A stretch of DNA of 64,000 bases from an uncultured Muribaculaceae bacterium (GCA_964369605.1 CAYJFD010000004.1:2027-66026), one strand, 5' to 3'; shown: positions 9,680 through 20,572, counted from the stretch's first letter. Made by a program: numbers and translations. Notes: generated from the sequence alone by a model not told the origin.

Positions 9680-11278
9680 ATGAAGCTGAACCTCGAACAA
9701 TACGGCATAGTCAACGTGCCTGAAATCTCATATAACACTTCCTATGAAGAACTTGCAAAGGATGAACTAAATACGAACCTACAGGGTTACGAAAAAGGTA
9801 GTCTTAGCGAACTTGGAGCTGTAAACGTAATGACAGGTATATATACTGGTAGATCTCCAAAAGATAAATTCTTTGTAAAAGATGAAATAAGCGATGACAC
9901 TATATGGTGGACGTCACCAGAATATAAGAATGACAATAAACCTTTGAGCAAGGAATCGTGGGTTGAAGTAAAAAAGATAGCTCAGAATCAGCTTTCAGGC
10001 AAAAAGCTCTATGTTATGGATACATTTAGCGGAGCTAACCTAAGTAGCCGTAAGAAATTTAGGTTTATTACTGAGGTGGCCTGGCAAGCGCACTTTGTAA
10101 AAAATATGTTCATTCGTCCAACTGAAGAAGAATTGGAAAATTATGGAGAACCTGATTTTGTTATATTAAATGCATCTAAAGCAAAGGTTGATAATTATAA
10201 TGAACTCGGTCTAAACTCACCTACCGCTATCGTTTTTAGTCTCAGCGAAAAAATGCAAGTGATAATTAACACCTGGTATGGAGGTGAGATGAAAAAGGGT
10301 ATGTTCTCATATATGAACTACTGCCTTCCTCTAAAGGGAATAGCCTCTATGCATTGCTCTGCAAACGTTGGCCATAACGATAATACAGCCATATTCTTCG
10401 GTTTGTCTGGAACTGGAAAAACTACTCTTTCAACCGATCCTAAAAGGCAACTTATTGGAGATGACGAACATGGATGGGACGACGATGGTATATTCAACCT
10501 TGAAGGCGGGTGTTATGCTAAGGTTATTGACCTATCTAAGGAGAATGAACCTGACATCTACAATGCGATAAAGAAGAATGCTCTTCTGGAGAATGTAACT
10601 TTAGACGAGAGAGGAAAAGTGAACTTCAGTGATAAAAGCATAACTGAGAATACTAGGGTATCCTACCCCATAAATCATATAAAAAACATTAAGCAAGGGT
10701 CGAAAGCAGGGCATGCAACAAAGGTTATTTTCCTAAGTGCTGACGCCTTTGGTGTGCTTCCTCCAGTTTCTAAGCTTAGCCCTGAACAAACACAATACTA
10801 TTTCCTTAGTGGCTTTACTGCAAAGGTGGCTGGAACCGAGAGAGGTATTACAGAACCTAAGCCTACTTTCTCCGCTTGTTTTGGGGCGGCATTTTTGAGT
10901 CTTCACCCGACAATATATGGACAAGAATTAGTGCGAAAGATGGAAAAGGCAGGTGCACAGGCTTATCTTGTAAACACTGGCTGGAACGGTAGTGGAAAAC
11001 GCATCTCGATAAAAGATACAAGAGGAATCATTGATAGTATCCTAGATGGCTCTATAGAAAAGACATCCTTTAGTGATATTCCATATTTTAACCTTAGTAT
11101 TCCGAAGGAACTTCCTAATGTCGATTCTTCAATTTTAGATCCAAGAAATAGCTATAATAACCCTAATGAATGGGACGTGAAAGCTAAGGATTTATCTGAG
11201 CGCTTCATTAAGAACTTTGAAAAATTCTGCGGAAACGATGCCGGTAAAGCATTAGTTGACGCTGGACCAAAATTGTAA
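9680..11278 (+). CDS. pckA: phosphoenolpyruvate carboxykinase (ATP)
   Basis: GRSPKDKF, kinase-1a [11 protein letters not shown] and [12 protein letters not shown]. Start set at ATG 9680 ([10 protein letters not shown]), not the TTG at 9650. Confidence 0.95.
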   Translation: MKLNLEQYGIVNVPEISYNTSYEELAKDELNTNLQGYEKGSLSELGAVNVMTGIYTGRSPKDKFFVKDEISDDTIWWTSPEYKNDNKPLSKESWVEVKKIAQNQLSGKKLYVMDTFSGANLSSRKKFRFITEVAWQAHFVKNMFIRPTEEELENYGEPDFVILNASKAKVDNYNELGLNSPTAIVFSLSEKMQVIINTWYGGEMKKGMFSYMNYCLPLKGIASMHCSANVGHNDNTAIFFGLSGTGKTTLSTDPKRQLIGDDEHGWDDDGIFNLEGGCYAKVIDLSKENEPDIYNAIKKNALLENVTLDERGKVNFSDKSITENTRVSYPINHIKNIKQGSKAGHATKVIFLSADAFGVLPPVSKLSPEQTQYYFLSGFTAKVAGTERGITEPKPTFSACFGAAFLSLHPTIYGQELVRKMEKAGAQAYLVNTGWNGSGKRISIKDTRGIIDSILDGSIEKTSFSDIPYFNLSIPKELPNVDSSILDPRNSYNNPNEWDVKAKDLSERFIKNFEKFCGNDAGKALVDAGPKL

Positions 11279-11290
11279 AATACATAATTA

Positions 11291-12532
11291 ATGCCTACAT
11301 TAGCCCCTATGAAACTTGCAATCATCGGGGCCGGAGCGGCAGGATTTTTCTGTGCAACAGAGCTTAGAATCCTTAATAAATCTATTGATATAGTTATATT
11401 TGACAGTGCAGAACTGGCACTTAGAAAAGTGAAGGTGTCTGGTGGCGGGCGATGTAATCTTACTAACTCCTTTGAGAACATAGAGGGTATTGCAAGTGCA
11501 TATCCTAGAGGAAATCAGCTTATGAAGAGACTATTTAAGTCTTTCAACCATAGGGATGCTTATGAATGGTTCGAGGATAGAGGCATCAGGCTGTACACTA
11601 ATGACGAAGAATGCGTATTCCCAAGGTCCGAATCCTCTCAGGAAATAATAGACATGTTTACAGACTTTGCAAGAAGCAATAACATTAGGCTCGTCCTCTC
11701 CACAAAGATTACAGATATCAAACAGCAAGAAACATCCTACTTAATTAGCACAAAAAACGGAGAGGAATATCCATTTGATTATGTACTAGTGAGCACAGGA
11801 GGCTCCCCTTCGATAAAAGGGCTTAGCTTTTTGAAGAATTTATCTCTTGAGCTTAACCCTCCCTCTCCCTCTCTTTTTGGATTCAAGGTAGAGAACTCTA
11901 TTACTGAACTAAGCGGTATAGTGGTTCCAAATACAATATTATCATTACAAGGCACTGGAATAAAGTCCGAGGGAGATCTACTTATTACTCACTGGGGCCT
12001 TAGTGGACCAGCTGTTTTAAAACTATCCTCATACGCATCAAAAGAGCTTAGCGAGGCTAAGTATAATTCTGCCTTCAGCATCAACTGGTGCGGGGAGAAG
12101 AATTATGATATTGTTTCGCAGAAACTTAAGAAAGAAATCTCTGAAGCTCAAAAAAAGCAAATTCAATCGATCAAATGCTTCAAATTAAGTTCTAGAGTTT
12201 GGGCCCATATCCTTAGAAGAGCTGGGATAGAGACTGGAAAAAGATGTAGCGAAATCGGGAGTAAAACAATTAATAAATTGGTTAATACTTTGATTAATGA
12301 CACCTATGATATATGTGGACGTGCTTCTCACAAAGAGGAATTTGTCACCTGCGGTGGAGTTTCCCTACAATCTATCAAAGCAGCAAATCTCGAAGCTAAA
12401 GATCATCCTAATCTATACTTTGCTGGAGAAGTTCTCGATGTAGATGGTATAACTGGTGGCTTTAATCTTCAAGCTGCCTGGACTACTGGCTATGTAGTAG
12501 CTCATTCAATTAACAATAGTATAGGTAAATAA
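11291..12532 (+). CDS. HI0933/BaiN-like FAD-dependent oxidoreductase (aminoacetone oxidase family)
   Basis: N-terminal IIGAGAAG Rossmann motif and the family signature SGGGRCNLTN. Alternative start at 11309. Confidence 0.8.
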   Translation: MPTLAPMKLAIIGAGAAGFFCATELRILNKSIDIVIFDSAELALRKVKVSGGGRCNLTNSFENIEGIASAYPRGNQLMKRLFKSFNHRDAYEWFEDRGIRLYTNDEECVFPRSESSQEIIDMFTDFARSNNIRLVLSTKITDIKQQETSYLISTKNGEEYPFDYVLVSTGGSPSIKGLSFLKNLSLELNPPSPSLFGFKVENSITELSGIVVPNTILSLQGTGIKSEGDLLITHWGLSGPAVLKLSSYASKELSEAKYNSAFSINWCGEKNYDIVSQKLKKEISEAQKKQIQSIKCFKLSSRVWAHILRRAGIETGKRCSEIGSKTINKLVNTLINDTYDICGRASHKEEFVTCGGVSLQSIKAANLEAKDHPNLYFAGEVLDVDGITGGFNLQAAWTTGYVVAHSINNSIGK

Positions 12533-12535
12533 AAA

Positions 12536-12575
12536 AGTCACAAATCGCTACAGAGAGGATTTGTGACTCATTTTA
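12536..12575. terminator. hairpin between convergent genes (bidirectional terminator candidate)
   Basis: 11-bp perfect stem agtcacaaatc (12536-12546) / gatttgtgact (12558-12568). A-run upstream and ttttat downstream. Confidence 0.6.
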
Positions 12576-12587
12576 TAAATTTTAAAA

Positions 12588-13670
12588 TTACTCTAGTACG
12601 TATTGAACTGGAGTGTTATATCCTACTGGTACTGTGTTTGCATTTGTAGAATAGTATTCACCGTTACCATTATCTTCTAAAACTACAGCTAATACCCTAC
12701 AGTTCTCTGCTGTATATTTAGGATCTATTTCTAATGTATATGATTTTGAAAAGCCTGTACCTGCACCGACTTGTCCTATTACATCACCTATAGCTCCTTC
12801 CTGTGATAAAGTACTTCTTAAGATATTCTGATGAATGTACATATCTTTTAAAGGTGAGCCGATTTGCGCATTATTTTTAACGATCTTCTCATCTTCAATT
12901 AGTAGAACTAATAATCTATAATTTCCAGCTTCAACAAAGTTTACTTCTACATCAGCATTCAGTGTAGACCCCTCAAGTGTAGTATTGATCAAGATTCCTG
13001 TCTTAGCGGGAATAGCAAATTGCTGATCAAGGATACCTCCCAATACAGATTCTGTAATGGTTGTGATAGTTGTAGATTTCACAAAATTCGCATTTACTGT
13101 TGGCCAAGCTAGAGTATTTAGGTAATCATCAAATGGCTTCTCGTGAACACGTCCCTGAGATGTTAAGATGTCATTATAATGTATTGCAACAGTATGAATC
13201 TCTCTTGGGTTTTGATAAGAGGCTTCCTTAATTAATTTTGCCGCTTCTGGGCAGTTGGTACACCATAGACCTGTAACGTAAAGAATGGTATTTCCTTTCA
13301 ACAGAGCTGCTCCTGGAGCTGGAGTACGAACTTCTACTTCTATCACATCTGATAAGAATTCTTCTCCCTCTTCATTTATATATGATACTGAAAACTCATG
13401 CTTTCCGACTTCATTACCAATGAATTTGTTATCTAATATCTCTGAACTCACACCATTTGTTACAACTGTTAAGGTGTATGTATCAGATAATACAGGTGTT
13501 CCTTTATATTGTACACGGAAGGTAGCTACATCTCCTTCTTGTAATAATTTCTTATCCACAGTGAAGACAATATCTTCAGATACTGTAACGTAACCAAGGT
13601 GATTTCCTACACAAGAAGAGAAAAACGTAAGGGCTAAAATCGCCAATGCTAAATATTTAATTACTTTCAT
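12588..13670 (-). CDS. thioredoxin-fold lipoprotein with CxxC motif (Omp28-related-like)
   Basis: Lipobox FFSSC, then an Ig-like N-terminal region, then LYVTGLWCTNCPEAAKL (WCxxC thioredoxin-type motif). Confidence 0.55.
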   Translation of the reverse strand: MKVIKYLALAILALTFFSSCVGNHLGYVTVSEDIVFTVDKKLLQEGDVATFRVQYKGTPVLSDTYTLTVVTNGVSSEILDNKFIGNEVGKHEFSVSYINEEGEEFLSDVIEVEVRTPAPGAALLKGNTILYVTGLWCTNCPEAAKLIKEASYQNPREIHTVAIHYNDILTSQGRVHEKPFDDYLNTLAWPTVNANFVKSTTITTITESVLGGILDQQFAIPAKTGILINTTLEGSTLNADVEVNFVEAGNYRLLVLLIEDEKIVKNNAQIGSPLKDMYIHQNILRSTLSQEGAIGDVIGQVGAGTGFSKSYTLEIDPKYTAENCRVLAVVLEDNGNGEYYSTNANTVPVGYNTPVQYVLE

Positions 13671-13682
13671 TTCAATAATATT

Positions 13683-15476
13683 TTAGAAAATTAAACTCAT
13701 CATTAGATTAAGTCCTGTATATGCTGGCTGTACACGACATACGCCACCGGAACATACATAACCTTCTCTATTTCTTCCATAGTTTAAAGCTACCCTTAGG
13801 TTCTTATGAGTAAAACTTGTACCTACACTATAATAATGTAATTGATCCCCTAACATTACTCCGTCAACTTTGCGACCTATATTATACATATCGCTAACAT
13901 AGAAGCTCCATTTTGGTGCAACATTAAGTTCTAATAATGCAGAAACCCAGTCTCCTTGATATTCTTGAGAGTATAAATATTGAACTTCAGCTCTCATAGA
14001 GGTCTTTCTTGTAAATTTATATGTCACATCTGCTACAAATACATTATTTGCGATAGTTGTTCCCATATTTCCTTTTCCTCCATCTTCTGAGATTTCTTGG
14101 ATAGTTACTAAAAATACTGTCTTCAAGTTTTTATTCCACCATTTCTCTACGTCCATAGTGATATCTCTATAAACTAGAGGGCTGAAATCTTGCTTATTAG
14201 CTTTCTCAAGTGAGTGGACATAAGAAGCATTAGCATGAACCTTCATACCTCTTTTACCTCCTAAGGTAGTCCCTCTTTTGAAATTATAGAATACGTCTAA
14301 TTGACCTCCTACTTCTCCATTAGCATAAGCTGAAAGTGGCTTCATAAGAGCTAGAGAATATCCCTGCTGCATAGAAAGAGCTGGAATATAATTTAAAGAG
14401 TTACTTGGGTATAAATTCGTTGTTCTATAAAGATTAGTCTGCATATTATCTAGTCTACGGAATGTTCCCATAACTGACAATGGACCATCAGAATAGTTCA
14501 TCTCTATTAACTGTGCATTACCAGGTCTTAACTCAGCCTGTCCTGTTTTGTTATTAAAGTATAAATCTGCTTGTCTTCCTACATATTCAGCCTTGAAAGC
14601 TATACGATCCCACTCGTATATAGCTCGTGCAGAGTATGAAATATTCGACATAGGAATATCTTTTCCGTCTACAGTTGTAGGCAAAAGAGGATCTAGCATA
14701 GTTTCGGTCTTATGCAAAATACTACCTTCAAGAACTATTCTATGCTCGTATAGATTTAATAAAGTAGATAAATCAAAACTTACATCTCCTCCTGCTAATA
14801 AGGTTAAACCGTTAAACTCATTAGTATCGAAAAAGTCTAGTCCACTAGGAACCTGAACTTGACCATTTGGATCAAAACTTCTACTATAACCCATATAATT
14901 TCTAGGAACACCATAGAAGGCTTTGAACTGTAAGTAATCAGTAGCATTTAGAGTAAATCTAGCTCCACCGACTGAATTATTAATTCCTAGGAATCTATCT
15001 TCGTAACTTCTATATAGTAAACCACTTCCTAGCTGCTCATAGAAGTCTCCAAGAGTTACGCTAAAGTTCTTTCCATTATATGATACATACTTCATAGGTA
15101 ATGATAAACCATTAATGGTTTTTTCATAACCCATTAGTGCTTGTGGATAATATTCAGCTTGTAAACCAGCTACCCAGTTTCCATTTCTATATTCAAGCTT
15201 CAAAAAGTTATTTGAACCATAATTTCCTGGAGGAACTTGATAATTTGGAACACTTGCATCTTCAACATAGAAGATAGAATTTGTCTCAAAACTACCTGTT
15301 AGAGTTCCAGAATTTTTCTGCTTCTTTGGCTCTTTATCCTTTGATTGCTCTGTTGATTCTACTGAAATATCCGTTGGCTTTTCAGTATTATCAGCAAACA
15401 CTATTTGAGAAGAAAGAATAGATACTGCAGAAAATAATAATAAATATCTTGATATTCTCATTTTAGTTCTCTGCAT
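13683..15476 (-). CDS. outer-membrane beta-barrel protein (DUF6029-like)
   Basis: Signal peptide, aromatic/Gly-rich alternating segments throughout, and C-terminal ...LMMSLIF ending in Phe as in OMPs. Overlaps the tlpA-like stop by 14 nt. Confidence 0.6.
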   Translation of the reverse strand: MQRTKMRISRYLLLFSAVSILSSQIVFADNTEKPTDISVESTEQSKDKEPKKQKNSGTLTGSFETNSIFYVEDASVPNYQVPPGNYGSNNFLKLEYRNGNWVAGLQAEYYPQALMGYEKTINGLSLPMKYVSYNGKNFSVTLGDFYEQLGSGLLYRSYEDRFLGINNSVGGARFTLNATDYLQFKAFYGVPRNYMGYSRSFDPNGQVQVPSGLDFFDTNEFNGLTLLAGGDVSFDLSTLLNLYEHRIVLEGSILHKTETMLDPLLPTTVDGKDIPMSNISYSARAIYEWDRIAFKAEYVGRQADLYFNNKTGQAELRPGNAQLIEMNYSDGPLSVMGTFRRLDNMQTNLYRTTNLYPSNSLNYIPALSMQQGYSLALMKPLSAYANGEVGGQLDVFYNFKRGTTLGGKRGMKVHANASYVHSLEKANKQDFSPLVYRDITMDVEKWWNKNLKTVFLVTIQEISEDGGKGNMGTTIANNVFVADVTYKFTRKTSMRAEVQYLYSQEYQGDWVSALLELNVAPKWSFYVSDMYNIGRKVDGVMLGDQLHYYSVGTSFTHKNLRVALNYGRNREGYVCSGGVCRVQPAYTGLNLMMSLIF

Positions 15477-15957
15477 TCTCTAATAATACATCTAATACTT
15501 CAGCTTCTCCACCAGGTGAATATCCTGTGTGCTTATAAATCATGTTTCCATCCTTATCGAAAACAAAAATTTGAGGAGTTACGATTACATTAAGTGCACG
15601 CTTAAAATCTTGGTTAGTGTCAAATAACAATGTGAAATCTGTCCATCCGCGACCTTGAGCAAGTGATTTAGCTCTTGTAATCCCTCTTGCATCATCTGTA
15701 GATACAGCAACTACTCTAAAATCTACTTCTTCGCTCCAATCCATAAATTGTTCACTTATCGCGTCTAACTCCATAATACATGGCTTACATGTGATAGACC
15801 AAAAAGATACTACGAAAGGAGTCTTGCCATCTACTAAATCTGCTGTATTAAATGATACACCTTTTTCAGTTTCTAGGGTTACACTTGGAAAATTTTGTGC
15901 GTTTGCTTGAAGTCCGAACATAAGCAAAGCTGCAAATAAAAATAATTTTGTCTTCAT
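15463..15957 (-). CDS. TlpA-family periplasmic thiol-disulfide oxidoreductase
   Basis: Signal peptide plus VVSFWSITCKPC (CxxC) in a thioredoxin-size protein. Confidence 0.85.
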   Translation of the reverse strand: MKTKLFLFAALLMFGLQANAQNFPSVTLETEKGVSFNTADLVDGKTPFVVSFWSITCKPCIMELDAISEQFMDWSEEVDFRVVAVSTDDARGITRAKSLAQGRGWTDFTLLFDTNQDFKRALNVIVTPQIFVFDKDGNMIYKHTGYSPGGEAEVLDVLLENAEN

Positions 15958-15991
15958 ATAAATATAATATTAATGTCTTTTGTTCGTAATT

Positions 15992-16795
15992 TTACGAATT
16001 AATTGCAAATATAGCAGATTTTTCTTTTCTCGGCAAACAATGCAACTGAATATCACCACCTATTTTAAGCCCTAAAGAGTTAAGTGCTTGAAATGCAGAA
16101 TCATAAGCTAAGGAAGGTGTATTATTATTATCACTAATGTGGCACAGATATATAGATTTTAACTCAGAATGATAGGCTTTTTTTAAGGTATCAGCACATT
16201 CAGAGTTGCTTAAATGCCCATAACCAGACATTATTCTATTCTTTAAATCTGTCATATAAGGTCCCTTTATTAACATTTCTCTGTCATAATTTGCCTCAAT
16301 TATCAAATGATTCGCTTTCTTACAATAATCTATCACCTCTTGAGACACTGATCCTATATCAGTTAAAAATACAAATTTCTCGCCAAAAAAATCTAAAAAA
16401 TAGCCTAGTGTTTGTGTTGCATCATGTGGCACTTCAAAAGCAGTAAACTTTATTCCTCGATGTTCCATCACTTGATCCTTTAAAATAGATCTTCTACACC
16501 CCGTTAAACAGTTTACAGTGCAAGGATGAGTCTCCAGTGCAGTATGAAGCTTTGCTGTCGCAAATACAGGTACTGAAAGTTTTTTTGCAACTGTTCCTAA
16601 GTGTTTGATATGATCCATGTGATCGTGAGTCACTAAGATCGCTGCAATATTTGTTAGTGAGAATTTACTTTGCAACGAAATAGCTTTTAGAGTTCTTAAC
16701 GAGACTCCCATATCTATCAATATTGCGATATCGTTATTGCCTATGTAATAACAATTACCGCTACTCCCGCTCAAAAAACTCTGAAATACAGTCAT
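15992..16795 (-). CDS. MBL-fold metallo-hydrolase
   Basis: LSGSSGNCYYIG N-terminus and HDHMDH metal motif. Start set at MTVFQSF (16795), which overlaps the HAD gene 3' end by 35 nt. Confidence 0.8.
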   Translation of the reverse strand: MTVFQSFLSGSSGNCYYIGNNDIAILIDMGVSLRTLKAISLQSKFSLTNIAAILVTHDHMDHIKHLGTVAKKLSVPVFATAKLHTALETHPCTVNCLTGCRRSILKDQVMEHRGIKFTAFEVPHDATQTLGYFLDFFGEKFVFLTDIGSVSQEVIDYCKKANHLIIEANYDREMLIKGPYMTDLKNRIMSGYGHLSNSECADTLKKAYHSELKSIYLCHISDNNNTPSLAYDSAFQALNSLGLKIGGDIQLHCLPRKEKSAIFAINS

Positions 16796-17405
16796 ATAAA
16801 CTATCTTTTGGGTTATAAAGTATTGTTTTAAATCCAAGACCAGAGGCCATCTCGATGTTAGCTGGAAAGTCATCTATAAAGAGTGTCTCCTCAGGTTTAA
16901 TCTTAGCTTTTTTTAGCATTTTGTCGAAAATTGCTCGGTCTGGTTTAGCGTATCCAAGTTCAAAAGAGAGGTAGCATTTTACAAATAACTCCTCCATTTT
17001 ATAACCCTTATCTAAAAAAAACTCTCTTGATTTTTCTATACAGATTGGATTAGTATTACTAAGCATATACAAATTATAATCATGCTTATAAAAAAGTAGG
17101 GTCTCTATTTTATCTTGTGGAATATCGCATAAGTATCTATTCATCGAATAATCTATCTCACTATCAGTGGGACCTTTAGCTCTTCCATTCTCGATAGTTG
17201 TAGAATTAGCTCTTACTATCTGTCGAAACTGCCTTGCATTAATTTCTCCGATGTCAAATTTTTCAAAAAATCCCATATTTCTATAAGAACTAAGGAACTT
17301 TGCAGCCTCTTTATAACCAATGATTTCATCAAAAGCTCTAATACAGGCGATTCGATTTAATGGTATAATTACTCCTCCTAAGTCAAATACTATGTTTTTT
17401 ATCAT
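16761..17405 (-). CDS. HAD-family hydrolase
   Basis: N-terminal IVFDLGGV (DxG/DxD-type motif I), SNTN motif II region and FIDD motif IV. Confidence 0.8.
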   Translation of the reverse strand: MIKNIVFDLGGVIIPLNRIACIRAFDEIIGYKEAAKFLSSYRNMGFFEKFDIGEINARQFRQIVRANSTTIENGRAKGPTDSEIDYSMNRYLCDIPQDKIETLLFYKHDYNLYMLSNTNPICIEKSREFFLDKGYKMEELFVKCYLSFELGYAKPDRAIFDKMLKKAKIKPEETLFIDDFPANIEMASGLGFKTILYNPKDSLYDCISEFFERE

Positions 17406-17414
17406 AAATATTTA

Positions 17415-18239
17415 CTATAAGCGAGTAATAAGTTCGATAAAAATCCTAGACATTCTATCTGCGGCTGCATTAGCTGCAGCTACTACATCTTCTCCACTAT
17501 TTTCAAAATCTTCAGCATAGTCATCATGTGCCTCATTTGTTATTACTGATATTCCGAATACTGGAATCGATGAATGCCTTGCAACTATTACCTCAGGGAT
17601 AGTAGACATTCCTATCGCATCTCCTCCTATCATTCTGAAATATTTATACTCACTCGGTGTCTCGTAAGAAGGCCCCGTACCGGCTAAATATACGCCTTTT
17701 TTTAGTTCAATATTAAGATCAGAGGCTACCTCCTGTGCTAACTTTATTAATTTAGGCTCATAAGGTCTTGTCATATCCGGGAAGCGTGGCCCAAATTCAT
17801 CTAAGTTCTGCCCGATTAGTGGATTAGGTAACTTATTAATATGATCTTTAATTATCATCAAATCTCCTAATTTAAAGTCAAAGTTTACTCCACCTGCAGC
17901 ATTCGAAACAAGTAAATATTCTATTCCTAACTTCACCATCACTCTTATCGGAAGAGTGACTTGATCCATAGTATAACCCTCATAGTAATGAAATCTACCT
18001 TGCATGGCTATTACATATTTTCCTCCTAATTCTCCTGCGATGAAGGCCCCCCTATGTCCCATAGCTGTAGACAGTGGGAAGTTTGGGACGTCCGAATAAT
18101 TTATCACTACTGGATCACTTATCATCTCAGCTAACTTTCCTAATCCACTTCCTAAAACAATCCCAACTACAGGCCTATTTGGAAGTATATTTTTTAGGTA
18201 GTTGAATGCTGAATTTATTTTATCTATTTTCTCGCACAT
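17415..18239 (-). CDS. purine nucleoside phosphorylase (PNP-I family)
   Basis: [16 protein letters not shown] and GMSTIPEV motifs. Confidence 0.9.
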   Translation of the reverse strand: MCEKIDKINSAFNYLKNILPNRPVVGIVLGSGLGKLAEMISDPVVINYSDVPNFPLSTAMGHRGAFIAGELGGKYVIAMQGRFHYYEGYTMDQVTLPIRVMVKLGIEYLLVSNAAGGVNFDFKLGDLMIIKDHINKLPNPLIGQNLDEFGPRFPDMTRPYEPKLIKLAQEVASDLNIELKKGVYLAGTGPSYETPSEYKYFRMIGGDAIGMSTIPEVIVARHSSIPVFGISVITNEAHDDYAEDFENSGEDVVAAANAAADRMSRIFIELITRL

Positions 18240-18378
18240 ATTATGTGTTTTTATTTTTTTTCAGAATAATTTTGCACAAAAGTAAGAAATATCAAAGATT
18301 TTTGAAAATTTATAAAAAAAATGTATCTTTATGACTATATTTGCGTCCTAATGAATATATGTAAATATTAAGAGAAAT

Positions 18379-20433
18379 ATGATAACAAAAGAATTAATTT
18401 CACCAAAAAGCGTTGTAGTGGTAGGTGGCTCGGATGATGTCCAAAAGCCTGGAGGAGCTACGCTTAGAAACATAATTAATAATGGTTTTAAAGGAGATTT
18501 ATATGTTGTAAATCCTAAAGCTGAAGAAGTTCAAGGAGTTAAGTCATATAAAGATGTAAACGAACTACCGAGTGTTGACTGTGCAGTTTTAGCTATCTCA
18601 GCTAAATTTTGCGTACAAGCAGTTGAGACCCTATGTAATAAAAAATCGTGTAAGGGTATAATCATTTTATCTGCTGGATTTCACGAGGATAGCGAAGAAG
18701 GAGCTGAACTAGAGCGCCAGATTGTTGAAATCTGTAACTCTACTGGCACAGCACTTATTGGCCCTAACTGTGTAGGGGTGATGACTCCTGACTTCACTGG
18801 AGTGTTTGTTCAACCTATACCAGTACTAACACCTAGTGGAATAGATATTATCACTGGTTCTGGAGCTACAGCTGTATTTATTCTTGAAATGGCAGTTCAA
18901 CTAGGTTTACAGTTCAACAGCGTTTACTCTGTTGGAAACTGTGCACAAATCGGAGTTGAAGAAGTACTAGAATATATGGATCAAACCTTTGTCCCTACTG
19001 ATAAGCCAAAGGTGATAATGCTTTATATTGAGAGTATTAACAAACCAGATAAGCTATACAAGCACGCTGCATCCCTAATAAGAAAAGGAGCTCGCATAGC
19101 AGCTATTAAATCAGGATATAGTGAAGCAGGTAGTAGAGCAGCATCTTCTCATACAGGTGCCCTAGCCTCTCCAGACAAAGCAGTAGACGCTTTATTCAGA
19201 AAAGCTGGAATAATACGTTGTTATGGAAGAACTGAGTTAGTTACTGTTGCAGCAGCTATGACTTACCCAGAATTAATTGGAAATAAAATAGCGGTTATCA
19301 CACATGCGGGAGGACCTGCAGTTATGCAAACAGATGTTTTATCATCAAACGGAATAGATATACCTCATATTTCTGGACCTAAAGCAGATGCTCTATTAGA
19401 GAAACTTTATCCAGGATCATCAGTAGCTAACCCTATTGACTTTTTAGCAACAGGTACAGCAGAGCATTTATCCGCTATCATTGATGCTTGCGAAAACGAT
19501 TTCGATGTTGATGCTATGACTATTATCTTTGGTAGCCCTGGATTAACAACAGTATACGATGTATATGATCTAATACTTGAAAAAATCAAAACTTGTAAAA
19601 AGCCTATATACCCTGTATTCCCATCTATAGTAAATGTTGCTGATGAGATCAGAGTATTCCAAGAAAAAGGTGGAGTAAGTTTCCCTGATGAAGTAGCGCT
19701 AGGTGCAGCTATCGCAAAAATAGCTAATCGTTCAGCAGTACCTACTGATTTAGAATTACCTCCTGTAGATAAAATACTTATCAGAAAGATTATAGACGAG
19801 AGTGAAAATGGTTATTTAGCACCTGAAAAGGTTCAGCTACTTCTTGATGCAGCTGGAATCTCTCGCGCAAAAGAGCTTGTTGTCGATAATATTGATGATG
19901 TTATCTCTGCTGCTAAAGAGCTTGGCTATCCTCTTGTTATGAAAGTAGTAGGTCCAGTTCATAAGTCTGATGTCGGGGGTGTTGTTCTTAATGTTAAAGA
20001 CGATGAGACTGTAGTTAATGAATTCAACAGGATGATGAAAATCAAAGATACTACTGGTATCCTTCTTCAACCTATGCTTAGTGGAACTCAAATTTTCGCA
20101 GGCGCAAAAAGAGATGAGAAATTCGGACACTTAATTATGGCAGGACTTGGTGGCATATATATTGAGGTATTCAATGATATTAACTCTGCTCTATCTCCGG
20201 TATCTAAGCTAGAAGCACAAGAGATGATTGACTCTCTTCGTAGCATCAAGCTAATGCAAGGAACAAGGGGACAGGAAGGTGTAAATATCCCTCTTTTCAA
20301 TGAGGCTATCAGAAGGGTATCTGCTCTTTGCGAAGTAGCACCAGAGATATTTGAAATGGATATCAACCCTCTACTAGGTAATGAAAAGCAAGTTATCGCT
20401 GTAGATGCAAGAATTAGAATAGAAAAAGAATAA
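18379..20433 (+). CDS. ADP-forming acetyl/acyl-CoA synthetase (fused alpha-beta; CoA-binding + ATP-grasp)
   Basis: N-terminal PKSVVVVGGS CoA-binding fold, SHTGALAS phosphohistidine loop and C-terminal ATP-grasp (YPLVMKVVGPVHKSDVGGV). Confidence 0.85.
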   Translation: MITKELISPKSVVVVGGSDDVQKPGGATLRNIINNGFKGDLYVVNPKAEEVQGVKSYKDVNELPSVDCAVLAISAKFCVQAVETLCNKKSCKGIIILSAGFHEDSEEGAELERQIVEICNSTGTALIGPNCVGVMTPDFTGVFVQPIPVLTPSGIDIITGSGATAVFILEMAVQLGLQFNSVYSVGNCAQIGVEEVLEYMDQTFVPTDKPKVIMLYIESINKPDKLYKHAASLIRKGARIAAIKSGYSEAGSRAASSHTGALASPDKAVDALFRKAGIIRCYGRTELVTVAAAMTYPELIGNKIAVITHAGGPAVMQTDVLSSNGIDIPHISGPKADALLEKLYPGSSVANPIDFLATGTAEHLSAIIDACENDFDVDAMTIIFGSPGLTTVYDVYDLILEKIKTCKKPIYPVFPSIVNVADEIRVFQEKGGVSFPDEVALGAAIAKIANRSAVPTDLELPPVDKILIRKIIDESENGYLAPEKVQLLLDAAGISRAKELVVDNIDDVISAAKELGYPLVMKVVGPVHKSDVGGVVLNVKDDETVVNEFNRMMKIKDTTGILLQPMLSGTQIFAGAKRDEKFGHLIMAGLGGIYIEVFNDINSALSPVSKLEAQEMIDSLRSIKLMQGTRGQEGVNIPLFNEAIRRVSALCEVAPEIFEMDINPLLGNEKQVIAVDARIRIEKE

Positions 20434-20434
20434 C

Positions 20435-20572
20435 ATGTTTAAAAAGCTTATAGGATGGTTTAATTCCCAAAGTCCTAACGTAAAAGGATATTTAATAATA
20501 ATTGTTATCCTCGTTATAGGAATTATTTTAAGATGGGACTTTATTCTTGATAGCTTTTCAGGCGAAAAATAA
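20435..20572 (+). CDS. candidate 45-aa single-pass membrane micro-protein
   Basis: ATG lies 1 nt after the upstream stop. Translation is MFKKLIGWFNSQSPNVKGYLIIIVILVIGIILRWDFILDSFSGEK, with one clear hydrophobic helix. Not in the ORF track (below cutoff). Confidence 0.35.
   Translation: MFKKLIGWFNSQSPNVKGYLIIIVILVIGIILRWDFILDSFSGEK

Noticed and set aside
11857-11876. CT-rich tract ccctccctctccctctcttt.
   Set aside because: It lies inside the HI0933-like gene in frame (NPPSPSLF). It is a simple low-complexity coding tract, not a regulatory repeat.
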